64,000 bases of DNA from Sulfurovaceae bacterium (GCA_963785375.1 CAWAVD010000004.1:181533-245532), one strand, 5' to 3'; shown: positions 1 through 11,441, numbered from the stretch's first letter. The notes: generated by a model not told the origin, from the sequence alone. Program-made: numbers and translations.

Positions 1-931
1 TAAAAAAGTGATAGAGCCAAAACTCAAGAAAAGAATGGATCAATTTGCAAAAGACGTACCAGAACTTCTAGGAAAACTTGACATTAAAGGAAGAATGGAA
101 GAACAATGGGAGGATATCCAAGAGCCATTAAAAATTGATGATGATGCGGATACCTATCTTTTATTTCAACCAAAAGTTGCTTCATGTTCACAAATTGATA
201 TTGTAGACCATGTTCTTCGTAGTACCATAAGTGCAAGAGGTAAAACTCAGATTCTTTTGGGAAAACCTCCAGTAGATCAAAATAAGACACAGATTTCAGA
301 CCTTGAAACGATCTGTTACCGGCAAGGAAAATTTAATTTCCATCTTCCTGTAAAAATTACCTATAAAGAGTTATTAGCCAGATCAAACAAAAAATATTCA
401 GATGCATATACCATTGATATGGTCAAAAGTGTAATACCAGGCATCCTGAAGATATCTAATCCCAAGATAGGGAAAAGTAATGATGGACGTTTACGTATAT
501 CTGCCCACGTAAGTTACGATAACAGAGATGAATGGTTAAGATCTATTGATAAGTATAATTGGTTTGATATCGATGGAGAGATATCCTTTACAGCTTTACC
601 AATAATCGATCGAGAGTCCAGAACACTGATTTTTGATGACCTCCAATATGATTCAATAACAAACAGTGATCTTTTTGATCTATTAATTGATGCTTCGGAA
701 TTGGCGCCAATACAATCTTATCTTGAAAGCCTTGTAAAATATGATTATGGGGACAAAATTGATGAAGGTATCAAAAAAGCAAACAAAGCATTAAGTGAGG
801 TCTCACAAGGAGATCTTAATGTCTCTGGACATTTAAATGAGGCAACTGTAGAAGAGGTTATAGTGAATGATAAAGACATTACTATCAAAACACATCTATC
901 CGGAGTACTGGATGCAAATGCTGGGCTATAA
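1..931 (+). CDS. DUF4403-like protein, C-terminal part (5' end lies upstream of the window)
   Basis: Frame is open from the window edge; beta-rich C-terminus resembles DUF4403 proteins; family call from recall only. Confidence 0.5.
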   Translation, partial: KKVIEPKLKKRMDQFAKDVPELLGKLDIKGRMEEQWEDIQEPLKIDDDADTYLLFQPKVASCSQIDIVDHVLRSTISARGKTQILLGKPPVDQNKTQISDLETICYRQGKFNFHLPVKITYKELLARSNKKYSDAYTIDMVKSVIPGILKISNPKIGKSNDGRLRISAHVSYDNRDEWLRSIDKYNWFDIDGEISFTALPIIDRESRTLIFDDLQYDSITNSDLFDLLIDASELAPIQSYLESLVKYDYGDKIDEGIKKANKALSEVSQGDLNVSGHLNEATVEEVIVNDKDITIKTHLSGVLDANAGL

Positions 932-1080
932 ATCTAAAAGAAGCATAAAGTAATGATATATTTGTACATTATTTCTGCTCTCCATGACTCATTTCTATAA
1001 AACTGTTGAGAGCTTAAATTAATTTTTACGTTAGCTACAGCCCCTTAGAGGCCGTATAGAAGTGCAGTAAAACAAGTATG

Positions 1081-2317
1081 CTAGTTGCGTATTTGTCCAC
1101 TACCGTAGATTTTATATTTATAGGTAGTGAGCCCCTCTATTCCCATCGGTCCTCTAGCATGGAGCTTGTTGGTACTGATTCCAACTTCTGCACCAAAACC
1201 AAATGCTCCTCCATCTGTAAAGCGTGTTGAGGCATTGACATACACTGCTGCAGCATCTATAGCATTTAAAAATAGTTCTGCAGTCGTGATATTTTCTGTG
1301 ATGATGGCTTCTGAATGCCCTGAAGTAAATCTTACAATATGTTCTATCGCACCTTCAACACCATCTACGACTTTAAGATTTAAAATATTAGCTAAGTATT
1401 CAGTATCATAATCTTCATCTGTTGCGTTGGCAACCTCTATAATACTTTGTGTTCTACTATCACCTTTGAGCTCGGTGTGTGCATTCATCAAATGCAGCTT
1501 TGAGTTGAGGTAAAGCATCTTTGCTATAGCTGCATCAACCAAGAGTGTCTCCATCGCATTACATACACCAGGACGTTGTACTTTTGCATTGAGTGCGATG
1601 GCTATGGCATTGTCCAAGCTTTGCATCTTTGTCGATGTACGTATGACATTGCCCTTTATCATGTTTAACCACAGATACTGTTGCATTTTCAGAGACATGC
1701 TTGATGAGTCCTGCCCCACCTCTTGGGATAATAAGGTCAACATATTTGTCCATCTTGATCAGTTTATCAACACCTGCTCTTGAAGAGTCTGGTATGAGTG
1801 AAATCAATGCACGCGGAAGATTGTTTGCTTCTAATACATCTTGAAGTATCTTTGCGATCTCTTCATTGGAGTTTTGAGCTTCTTTTCCCCCTTTGAGTAC
1901 ACAAACATTGGAACTTTTAAAACAAAGTGCAGCCGTGTCTGAAGTCACATTCGGACGAGATTCGTAGATGATCCCTATGACACCGATAGGGATAGAAACC
2001 TTTTGCATATTTAATCCATCTTCAGTGATCCATCCATCTAAGATACGGCCTACAGGGTCTTTAAGAGCTGCTATCTCTTCTATGGCTGTTGCCATTGCAT
2101 CGATACGACGTTCATCTAACAAAAGTCTATCCATCAGTGCGGAAGAGAGATTGTTCTTTTTTCCTTCTTCCATGTCTTTTTTGTTTTGTACTACCAGCTT
2201 ACTACTGTTATCCCTTAGTGACTGAGCCATTTCATTGAGTATTCTGTTTTTTTCACGCCCACTGATTGTAGCAAGAACTCTGCTTGAACTTTTGGCTTCT
2301 TTTAAAAAATCTTCCAT
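1081..2317 (-). pseudogene. proA: Gamma-glutamyl phosphate reductase, split by single-base indels (probably assembly errors)
   Basis: N-half ORF 1559-2317 (IYESRPNVT, LIIPRGG); C-half ORF 1081-1743 (GVCNAMETLLV, VNASTRFTDG, KLHARGPMG). Extra G near 1614 and a compensating -1/+1 pair near 1521/1483. Confidence 0.92.
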
Positions 2318-2319
2318 TA

Positions 2320-2637
2320 TTATACCTTAATATAACTACAGCAGTAATCTGTAACCGTTTTTATTTTCAGATCAAAAGACGAGTTAGCTGGGACATGAAA
2401 ACTCTCAGGTGTATTTAATTTTTTAAATTCTGATTCACCTGGAAGCCTTATCTCCAATTCTCCACTCATCATCTCCATGATCTCTGCTTCATTTGTGTCA
2501 AAGGTATATTCGCCTGGCTGCATAACACCTAATGTCTGTCTCTCTCCGTTGGGTAAAAAAATAGTTCTACTTACCACTTTCCCATCGAAATATACATTTG
2601 CTTCTTTGATTATCGATATATTATCTAGTTTTGTCAT
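2320..2637 (-). CDS. ppnP: Pyrimidine/purine nucleoside phosphorylase (DUF1255/YaiE)
   Basis: ANVYFDGKVVSR, TLGVMQPGEYTF, FHVPANSSF and YCCSY motifs; 105 aa. Confidence 0.9.
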   Translation of the reverse strand: MTKLDNISIIKEANVYFDGKVVSRTIFLPNGERQTLGVMQPGEYTFDTNEAEIMEMMSGELEIRLPGESEFKKLNTPESFHVPANSSFDLKIKTVTDYCCSYIKV

Positions 2638-2654
2638 TTTTCTTTCCTCAGTTA

Positions 2655-3422
2655 TTAGTTTTTACGTTTCAGCTCTTTGGCTTTTGCATAAGCATCACTG
2701 ACTGCTTCCATCATCCCGTGACGAACATTACAACGCTCTAACGCAGCATATCCAGCTGCGGTTGTTCCTCCTGGACTCATCACACCGTCTTTAAGAATTG
2801 CTGGATTTACATCTGCTATAAGAGATGTAAATCCTTCAAATAAACCTTGAACGAGTACCTCTGCATCAGTACGCTTAAGTCCTTGATTGACAGCTCCATC
2901 GGCTAAACTCTCAGCGATCAGAGCCAAGTATGCAGGTCCGCTGCCTGCAACTCCTGTTGCAATGTCTAACTCGTCCTCACTGTTTAGCCATAAACTTCTG
3001 CCTATTTGATTAAAAATACTTAAGGCACTGTCCCTTAGATCTTCATCTCCTGTAATTGTTGTCATAGATTTAAGATGACTTGCGCCTAAATTTGGCATCG
3101 TTCTTATGTATTTTTTTGCTTTTAATTGTGATTTTAAGCTCTCTAAGGATGTTCCAGCTAAAACGGAATAAATGGCTTCTGCTTCCCCCGCCAATTTGGG
3201 AGCTAGATCCGGAAGAGAATACGGTTTTACACAAAGTATAATATTTTTACCCGATATATCTTCTTTATCTTCTATCACTTTTGTTGAAATTTGAGGAAGC
3301 TGTTCTTGAAGCGCTTGTAAAGATTTTTTATTTCTTCCAAATACTTCTATCTCATACTTTTCGACTAATCCCCTAATAAGTGCTTGAGCCATATTACCAT
3401 TACCAATAAATGTCAACTTCAT
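2655..3422 (-). CDS. proC: Pyrroline-5-carboxylate reductase
   Basis: FIGNGNMA, RTMPN, GSGPAY and SPGGTT motifs. Confidence 0.95.
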   Translation of the reverse strand: MKLTFIGNGNMAQALIRGLVEKYEIEVFGRNKKSLQALQEQLPQISTKVIEDKEDISGKNIILCVKPYSLPDLAPKLAGEAEAIYSVLAGTSLESLKSQLKAKKYIRTMPNLGASHLKSMTTITGDEDLRDSALSIFNQIGRSLWLNSEDELDIATGVAGSGPAYLALIAESLADGAVNQGLKRTDAEVLVQGLFEGFTSLIADVNPAILKDGVMSPGGTTAAGYAALERCNVRHGMMEAVSDAYAKAKELKRKN

Positions 3423-4204
3423 TACTTCTCTTTCTTCTTGTCTTTTTGCGTTGTAAATAGCGTACCATTATTATGCACACCCTCTATTAAAAACTCTCTA
3501 GCAGATGTCAGGTCATAACCATTGCATAAAAACATCTCTCTGTGTTTACTCATGATATAGTCAGCTGCTTTGAGTTTAGTCACTATGCCGCCTGTTGCGA
3601 ATTGTGAGTTTGGAGTAACTTCCTGTTCTAGCTCTTCTGCTTTTATTTCGGTGACAATTTTTCTGATTTTCGCATTGGGATCATCTTTAGGGTTAGCATC
3701 ATAATATCCATCAATATCACTTAAGATCACAAGCAGTTCGGCATTCGTATAATAGGTAATATGGGCAGAAAGTTGGTCATTATCTCCAAAGAGTTGATCT
3801 GGAGTGGTTGATATATCATTTTCATTTACGATAGGCAAAATATCATTTCTTAATGTTCTATTTATAATATCTTGAAAGATTTTTGTATGTACTCTTGAGT
3901 CAAAATCTTCTTCAGTTAAAAGTATTTGAGAAATAGGAACATCATAAATATCAAACTTATTTTTATAAGAACTCATGAGGATAGGCTGTCCTACAGAAGC
4001 TAAAACTTTTTTACTTGTAGGAACACTTCTGTTTAACTTAACTGCCGTATATCCTGCAGCGACTGCTCCTGATGTTACAAGAATGACTTCATATTTTTTT
4101 CTAGCTTCAGCAATTAAAGAAGCTAGATTTAACATCCTCTCTTTGGCTATAGTTGTTGTCTCCGTCAAGACGCTACTCCCTACTTTTATTACGATCCTCT
4201 TCAA
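3422..4204 (-). CDS. proB: Glutamate 5-kinase (no PUA domain), copy 1
   Basis: IVIKVGSS, VTSGAV, NEND, FGDNDQLSA and TGGIVTKL motifs. Confidence 0.95.
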   Translation of the reverse strand: MKRIVIKVGSSVLTETTTIAKERMLNLASLIAEARKKYEVILVTSGAVAAGYTAVKLNRSVPTSKKVLASVGQPILMSSYKNKFDIYDVPISQILLTEEDFDSRVHTKIFQDIINRTLRNDILPIVNENDISTTPDQLFGDNDQLSAHITYYTNAELLVILSDIDGYYDANPKDDPNAKIRKIVTEIKAEELEQEVTPNSQFATGGIVTKLKAADYIMSKHREMFLCNGYDLTSAREFLIEGVHNNGTLFTTQKDKKKEK

Positions 4205-4394
4205 TTTTTAATTCCTTTTTTTAATTTACAGTAATGGTTTTACTCTTATTGTACTGTAACATCTATTATTTTATAAGATTTTTATTGTTTTTATTTAAAG
4301 TGCTATTATATTTTCTCCATTTATTGTTTCAAACAGCTTTGCACTTCATTAAACTTCTTAGCTATCGAATCCGGATTTATTTTCTAAAGAGTAA

Positions 4395-4458
4395 AACGAT
4401 AAGTTATGCCCTATTCCCTTATTTACTATATTTATCCATATGTTAGTGACACATTTGG
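4395..4458 (+). repeat. 64-bp direct repeat A, copy 1
   Basis: aacgataagttatgccctattcccttatttac...gtgacacatttgg; 57/64 identical to 12909-12972 by manual alignment. Confidence 0.9.
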
Positions 4459-4487
4459 GGTCAATTTTTAATAATCGTTGAATATTT

Positions 4488-7400
4488 TCATAGTTTAACA
4501 CTCTTTGTCATTTCCAGCTCCGCCTCTTCTTTAACGAGTTTATCTGCCACCGCACCAGGCGATTCAGTGTAGCGGGCTAATAGATTATAGGCTACAGGCA
4601 CGATAAAAAGTGTGAAGATCGTCGCGGCGAAAACACCGTTTAAAATGACAACCCCAATCACAAAACGTGTTTCAGATCCTGCACCACTTGAAATAATCAG
4701 AGGAATTGCCCCTGCGATGGTTGTAAGCCCTGTCATGAGAATGGGACGAAATCGTATTTCAGCCGCCTGTATCAACGCTTGTGAAAATTCCACCCCTCTA
4801 TCACGGAGTTGGTTCGCAAATTCGACAATTAAGATACCATTTTTTGCAGACAAACCAACAAGTATAATAAGTGCGATCTGTGAATAAATATTAAGTGAAC
4901 TATCAGTGAGATAAAGTCCTAACAAACCACCTCCCATGGCCAGAGGTACTGTTAACATAATGATAAAGGGGTGTATATAACTTTCAAACTGTGCAGCAAG
5001 AACTAAAAATACAACGAGAAGTCCTAAAGCAAATACAAATACAATGGACGAGTCTGATTTGATAAAGTCACGGCTTTGTCCTTTGTAGTCAACTATAGCG
5101 ATTTCAGGCAGATGTGTTTTCACCATGCCATTAAGATAGGTCAATGCTTCATCTAACCTATATCCCTCTTTGAGATTGGATTCTAGGGTGATAGCTCGTA
5201 TACGATTATAGCGCGTGAGTGTCTTGGCCGCACCATATTCTTTAATGGTAACAAGATTTGACAGCGGTATCATGGATCCAGTACGATCAGATCTAACATA
5301 GATGTTTTTTACTTGGTTGAAAGTGCGTTGTAGTGTTCTTTCACCTTCCACAATAACATCATACTCCTCACCTCTATCCAAAAAGGTTGTTACTCTTCGT
5401 CCACCCATCATGGTTTCAAGTGTTCTACCGATTTCTTTAATTGATACACCAAGTTCGGCTGCCCGATCATAATTGATCTCAAAATCAATTTGCGGACGTG
5501 TCTCTTTATAACTGCTATCAAGTCCTATAAGTCCAGGGTTATTTTCAGCTATTTTTTCAAAAAGTATATCTCTCCACTGGGCAAGTTCTTCATAGGTTGA
5601 CCCACCCAAAACAAATTGGACTGGTTTTTCAGCTTTCCCTCCCAATCCTTGTCGCATGATAGTAAATACACGTACACCTGGTAAATCTGAAAGTTTTTGA
5701 CGAATCTCAGCCATGATTTTCGTGGCAGGTCTACGCTTAGACCAATCATTAAGTAGAACGATTGCCATTCCGTCATTAAAGTTAGACAATGTGTCAAAAC
5801 CACGGGGTGTTCGAACTAAAAGACGACTGACTTGATTCTCTTCTACATAAGCCATTAAACGCCGTTCTATTTCCGTCATATACTCTTCCATGTATTTGTA
5901 TGTTGCCCCTTCAGGGCCATTGACCATGACAAAAAAAGCACCTCTATCTTCTTTGGGTATAAACTCTTGTTTCACATGAGGATATACCCAAGTGGTAACC
6001 CCCAACAAAATAAAAAACAGCAAACTGGCAAGTAGTGGTAATTTGAGCATTATGTTTAGAAGTTTTAAATACATGTTACGTAAGTATTTTAAAAAACTAT
6101 CCATAGAACGTATCAGAGCATTTGGTTTTGAGGTTTTCGCAGAGAGGAATTTTGAAGCAATAACAGGTGAAAGGGTAAGCGCGATAAGGGATGAGAAAGC
6201 AACTGCTGCTGAGATGGTGAGGGCAAACTCCGTAAACAACCTACCAATGTCACCTTCTAAAAAGGTAATAGGTACAAATACCGCGATAAGTACGAGGGTC
6301 GTTGCAATCACTGCAAAGCCCACTTCTCTAGCACCACGGTACGATGCTACAAGTGGAGTTTCACCATACTCTTTCATACGACGTACGATATTTTCCAGCA
6401 TGACAATCGCATCATCCACTACTAGACCGATTGCAAGTACTAGCGCTAACAGTGTCAAAAGGTTGATAGAAAAACCAAAGGCATAGATGAGCATAAAGGT
6501 TGCCACGATAGACACAGGAACTGCAACGGCAGGTACTAATGTGGCTCGAATACTTCCTAAAAAGAGATAAATAACTAAGATGACACAAGCGATAGCGATA
6601 AAGAGTGTCATATAGACTTCTTTGATCGAGGCTTCGATAAAAATAGAACTGTCATAGCTTTGTTCTATTGACACACCCTCAGGTAGGGATTTGTTGAGTT
6701 TTGCTGTCAGGGCTTTAACATTTCTTGCTACTTCGATGGTATTTGCAGTGGATTGTTTGATAGTACCTATACCTACCATCGAAATGCCATTACCGCGAAA
6801 AAAGGTACGATCTTCTTCTACACCAAGCTCCACACGGGCAACATCTTCAAGGCGTACAAGATAACCATCTGGTCCCTCTTGTAAAACCAGCCTATTAAAA
6901 TCTTCTGGTTTTTTGAAGTTTCTGTCTATCCGTGCCTGAAAGAGACGTGTATCTGACTCTAGTCTTCCAGCAGGCAGCTCTATGTTTTCAGCTTTGAGTG
7001 CTGATTCCACGTCTGAGACACTGAGATTTCTAGCGGCAAGTTTTTTACGATCAAGCCAAATACGCATAGCATAGCTAAGCCCACCCCCTACTCTGACTCT
7101 CGCCACACCACCAAGAGTGGAGTATTGGTCCACAAGATAGCGCCTTGCATAGTCAGTAAGCTCGGGAACGCTCATCTTTGTACTAGCAAGGTTTTGCCAA
7201 ATGATCACATCATCATTACTGTCTACTTTTTGCACTTCTGGAGGATCTGCCTCTACAGGCAGGTCTCCTTGTATTCCAGCGATACGATCACGTACATCAT
7301 TGGCTGCTGCATCAATATCACGCTTGAGAGAAAACTCTATCGTCACTTTTGACTCACCATCATTAGAAGAAGATTCAATGAAGTCTATGCCTTCAATACC

Positions 7401-7616
7401 TGCGATACGTTTTTCAACCAGTTCAGTAATCCGAGTTTCAACGATATTCGCAGGTGCACCAGGATAAGTGACTTCAACCGTGACCACAGGTGGATCAATA
7501 TCGGGATACTCTCGAAGTGACAGACGGTCAAAAGAGACAAGTCCAAAAGCGATGAATAACAGCGAAATAACAGAGGCAAAAACAGGACGTTTAATAGAGA
7601 TATCAGATAATATCAT
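4488..7616 (-). CDS. RND efflux permease (AcrB/MexW family)
   Basis: 1042 aa; SIKRPVFA, GLVVDDAIVMLENI, KNGILIVEF and RFRPILMT motifs. Confidence 0.95.
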   Translation of the reverse strand: MILSDISIKRPVFASVISLLFIAFGLVSFDRLSLREYPDIDPPVVTVEVTYPGAPANIVETRITELVEKRIAGIEGIDFIESSSNDGESKVTIEFSLKRDIDAAANDVRDRIAGIQGDLPVEADPPEVQKVDSNDDVIIWQNLASTKMSVPELTDYARRYLVDQYSTLGGVARVRVGGGLSYAMRIWLDRKKLAARNLSVSDVESALKAENIELPAGRLESDTRLFQARIDRNFKKPEDFNRLVLQEGPDGYLVRLEDVARVELGVEEDRTFFRGNGISMVGIGTIKQSTANTIEVARNVKALTAKLNKSLPEGVSIEQSYDSSIFIEASIKEVYMTLFIAIACVILVIYLFLGSIRATLVPAVAVPVSIVATFMLIYAFGFSINLLTLLALVLAIGLVVDDAIVMLENIVRRMKEYGETPLVASYRGAREVGFAVIATTLVLIAVFVPITFLEGDIGRLFTEFALTISAAVAFSSLIALTLSPVIASKFLSAKTSKPNALIRSMDSFLKYLRNMYLKLLNIMLKLPLLASLLFFILLGVTTWVYPHVKQEFIPKEDRGAFFVMVNGPEGATYKYMEEYMTEIERRLMAYVEENQVSRLLVRTPRGFDTLSNFNDGMAIVLLNDWSKRRPATKIMAEIRQKLSDLPGVRVFTIMRQGLGGKAEKPVQFVLGGSTYEELAQWRDILFEKIAENNPGLIGLDSSYKETRPQIDFEINYDRAAELGVSIKEIGRTLETMMGGRRVTTFLDRGEEYDVIVEGERTLQRTFNQVKNIYVRSDRTGSMIPLSNLVTIKEYGAAKTLTRYNRIRAITLESNLKEGYRLDEALTYLNGMVKTHLPEIAIVDYKGQSRDFIKSDSSIVFVFALGLLVVFLVLAAQFESYIHPFIIMLTVPLAMGGGLLGLYLTDSSLNIYSQIALIILVGLSAKNGILIVEFANQLRDRGVEFSQALIQAAEIRFRPILMTGLTTIAGAIPLIISSGAGSETRFVIGVVILNGVFAATIFTLFIVPVAYNLLARYTESPGAVADKLVKEEAELEMTKSVKL

Positions 7617-8683
7617 AGGCTTTTCTTTTCCATCAATTCGATAAGTGATTCATCCCCTTTTTTTATCGCTTGTATCAGGATAGGTTTTCCAGGTCTTGCT
7701 TTCATAGTCCCGTGTATGAGAACTAAATCTTCTGTTGAAAGACCTGATAACACCTCTACTTTTCCTGGTTCTCTTACACCTATTTTAACCAGACGCTTTT
7801 CTACCGTTTTTAGCTTCTCTTTTTCGATAACTACTAGAACAAAATTTTTGTCACCATTTGGGATGAGTGCCTCTTCAGGAATAATCAGTGCTTGACGGAC
7901 ATTGGTCTCTAGTGTTACTTGCATTAAAAGCCCAGATTTAAGACTATGATCAGCATTGTCGATAAGGGCTCTTACACTGATGGTACGTGTAATGGGATTT
8001 ACTTGATTGTCTATATGCAATATTTCTCCATAAAAGACTTTTTTGGGGAATGCATCAGTTTTTGCTTTAATTTTTATGCCAGGGTTGAGAACAGATAGAA
8101 ACAGTGAAGGAAGCGAAAAATCAAGTTTCATTACACTATCATCATGAATGGTAGCGATAAGAGTATCAGAGCTAAGCATAGTACCTACACTGATGTTCCT
8201 AAGTCCTATGAGACCGTCAAATGGGGCTACTATACGACGTTCATCAATTTGTGATTTGATAGCATTGATCCGTGCGTTGGCTGTTGCAACTTCTAGTTTA
8301 GATTGATCAAGATTTGTTTTTGAAACAGACCCATTTGCAATTAAGGGTGTAAATCTTTTCACTTGTCTTGTGGCTTCCTCCAAGATGGCATTTTGCTCCT
8401 CCAGTGCTGCGAGTTCTTCTTCTATCTCCATCTCAAGCAGTAGCGTGCCTTTTTTTATACGCTGTGCATCGTCAAAGTAAATGGCTTTAACACGTTCAGT
8501 CACTGTTGACATCAGTTCTACACTTTCGTTAGCACTCAAGGTTCCTAGTGCTTCCACTTGGTCTTTGAAAGTTTGTTTTTTCACTTGAGAAACTATAACT
8601 TTGATGTCAGTATCAGCATGGACTAAGTGTGTGGATAGCATAAGAGACAACAGGACTAATATTCCTGTATAAAATTGTTTCAT
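7613..8683 (-). CDS. RND periplasmic adaptor (membrane fusion protein)
   Basis: Signal peptide, IVAPFDG and TRTISVRA motifs; 4-bp overlap with the permease. Confidence 0.93.
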   Translation of the reverse strand: MKQFYTGILVLLSLMLSTHLVHADTDIKVIVSQVKKQTFKDQVEALGTLSANESVELMSTVTERVKAIYFDDAQRIKKGTLLLEMEIEEELAALEEQNAILEEATRQVKRFTPLIANGSVSKTNLDQSKLEVATANARINAIKSQIDERRIVAPFDGLIGLRNISVGTMLSSDTLIATIHDDSVMKLDFSLPSLFLSVLNPGIKIKAKTDAFPKKVFYGEILHIDNQVNPITRTISVRALIDNADHSLKSGLLMQVTLETNVRQALIIPEEALIPNGDKNFVLVVIEKEKLKTVEKRLVKIGVREPGKVEVLSGLSTEDLVLIHGTMKARPGKPILIQAIKKGDESLIELMEKKSL

Positions 8684-8820
8684 TTTTTAAGTTCTCCTCC
8701 CACTGTATGATACAGCTAGATACGATAGTATGAGTCAGTACTTCTTAGAAATCAGTGTCCACTTTCGAATATAATCCCTCTAAAAATAAAGGCAAACATA
8801 TAGACTAATTTTATTTTCTT

Positions 8821-8826
8821 GTCAAG
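8821..8826 (-). promoter_or_regulatory. Possible sigma70 -35 box upstream of the RND operon (approximate position)
   Basis: Minus strand reads TTGACA-17 bp-TATATG, ~110-140 bp upstream of the adaptor start. Confidence 0.35.
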
Positions 8827-8955
8827 CGACTATCTTACCCTACATTCTTTAAATAAACAATATAAATATTCATCTATTCTTGATAGTTGATAGATAAATG
8901 AAATTTCTAATTTTGTGTTTTTATATATATAGATGCTATTCATATTTAAATAAAA

Positions 8956-11441
8956 CTATTCACCAAAAAGAACATTCTCTTTTTGGTGAATCATTCTTGA
9001 AGTAAAGAAGCTAACGATCAAGAGTGTTAAGATCGGTATAAAGAAAAAATAGAGCAAGAGAATATCTGGCCTAAAATCCCAATAGGAATTAAAGAGCAAA
9101 GTGCTAATAATATAAGAACCGATACTACCTAGAATTATCCCTAAAATACTTGCAACTAGAGAGATCAAACCAAATTCAATTAAAAAAGAATTTCTTATGG
9201 TTTTATTATTTACACCGATCATTTTTAATCTTAAAATATTATTTTTTTGCAAATTCATTTGATATTGAATGATGATAAAACTCATAAGAAGTCCAACAAT
9301 GATCGAGTAAAGGCTCATATTATCGGTTATAGCAGTAACTTTTTTTACTAATTTTAAAAATGATTCAAATAAATTTTTGACATCAATAACAGTCAAAGAT
9401 GGGAAAAGATCAGATAATTTTAGTAGCATCTGTTGCGCATCGTAATCTCCTGAAGAGATTGTCCCTAAAACAGTTTTGGGTGCATCGTCAAGAGCACCTT
9501 CTTGTAAAATTAAAAAGAAATTTGGTACAAATTCAGTCCACTCGACTGTCCTTATATTCACTATAACAGTTTCTAGTTCAAGACCTAAAACATCAAAGAC
9601 AAGACGATCTCCTAAGTTGATTCCTCTGCTCTTTGCATACCTTTTTTCGACACTAACCTCTATTGGTTTAGAAAAATCTTGTGAATTGTAGCCACCACTA
9701 AACTCTCGTCCTTCGATGATCTTCTCACTCTTCTTTATCTTCGTTCTATATGAGAGATTGACTGTACTGTTTTTAAGTCTTTCATCTACCATAATTTTTA
9801 GAGTGATCTATAAAATCAACATCATTTACTTTTACTATCCGCCCTCGTATCATGGGTGAAATATTTTCTAATCGTCCACCCAAAGTATTAACTTGAGCTG
9901 CAAGATCTTTAATTTGCTCTTCTTTTGCATCAATGACAAAGAATCGAGGTCTTTCATCAACACTTAGAGTTAAGGCATTTGATAGTGATGATCCAATTTG
10001 TGGAATAAGACTAAAGAAAGTCGTACACAAAAGTATGGCCGTAAATAAGGTCAAAGATGTTTTCTTTTGCCTTGTAATATTTTTAAGGGCCAAAGATAAA
10101 GATAAATTTTCTAAATGTCCTGAAAAATCTAATCTCTTTAAAATGATAGAACCAATGGCAAAAAATAAAATGATCAGTATTAACATTACGACTGCAAAGG
10201 AAAAACCTACGTTTTTAGCAGGTGAAACAAAGTGAGACAAAAGCAACAGTAGTGCAAGAAAAGGAATAAAGCCCAATAGCACCTTAGAGAAATGTTGTTT
10301 TTCCCTTTGGAGTAATGGCAAGATCAAAGGGAGTCCTATACTTAAACTAAGGGTTAAAAGTATCAATGAAGATTTCAATAAAAAGAAATAATCCAATGAA
10401 AAATCAAAATCAAAATCAACAAGTTTTTGAATTAGAGGACCTAAAAACTGAACAGATATGATTATAAGTGAAAAAACAATAATACTTGAAATTGTGATCA
10501 GTACAAATAAATGCAAAAGGTATGTAATAGCTAGATTTCTTTTACTCAATCCCATGTCGCTTAAAACTATGATATCCGTTTGATGCTTCCTTAAAAAACC
10601 TGAATACAAATAAATAAGACCCACAAGACCTAGAAAGAAAGAAACAAGTGAAACTAAAGACAAGAAATTTGTAATAAAGTTTAAAACACGCAATAATCGA
10701 TCTGTACCATCATTGGGAGAGAGAACACTCATACTCTGGTCAATACTTTTTTCTAACCCACGTTCAATTTTCTCTAATTGATCATTGTTTAAATTTTCTT
10801 TAAAGAGATAGTTTAACGTATAAGAAGCCGTTGATCCGAACTGTAGAAGTTCGGTTTTTTCTAAACCTTCTTCACTGATGTAGATCTTAGGCATGAAGCC
10901 ACTAAAACTTATGGTTTTTAATGTGTCAGTTTCTATGATCTTTTTTATGACAAAGCTTTCTTTACCAATTTTTATCTGTTCTTCGTGCTTTAAGTCAAGA
11001 AGATCTAAAACTTCCTGGTAAACCCAAACTTCATTTGCTTTTGGTAAGACCTCTCCTTTTGGGATAAATTGACTTATCTCTAAAAACTAATCCTCCATAA
11101 TAAGGATAGCCTTCGTTGATCTTAACGACCTCCATTAACCTAGCCCTTGTTTTCGAAGCTATCATACTGACAGTAGAAATGCCTTGGGTATAACCTTTTA
11201 GTGCTGGAAGTTTATTTTTTATTTCTTCTTCTTGTTCAGTAGTTATAGGAAACCTAGAAGATACAACAAGGTCTGAACCAAGTAAGCTCTTTGCTCTAGT
11301 ATCTAGAGAAGTTTCCATACTTCCTTTAAAAAACTGTAAATACGAAAGTGAGGCAATGGCCAAGCTAAAATTTAATATAAATATCAAGCTAAAAGACTTT
11401 GAACGAGCCAGTGCCTTGAAGACTAGTTCTAGGACTAGCAT
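8956..11441 (-). pseudogene. YbbP/FtsX-type ABC permease broken by single-base insertions (probably assembly errors)
   Basis: Three in-register fragments (11441-11060, ~11055-9795, 9792-8956). Removing one base at ~11058 and one at ~9793 restores a continuous permease (LGSDLVVSS, RTVEWTEFVPNFF). Confidence 0.8.

Noticed and set aside
4234-4446. 70-aa hydrophobic ORF upstream of proB
   Set aside because: AT-rich intergenic sequence overlapping repeat A, with no RBS; the hydrophobicity reflects T-richness
5968-5983. parS-like TGTTTCACATGA inside the RND gene
   Set aside because: Only about half of the TGTTTCACGTGAAACA palindrome matches; no convincing parS was seen near parAB either
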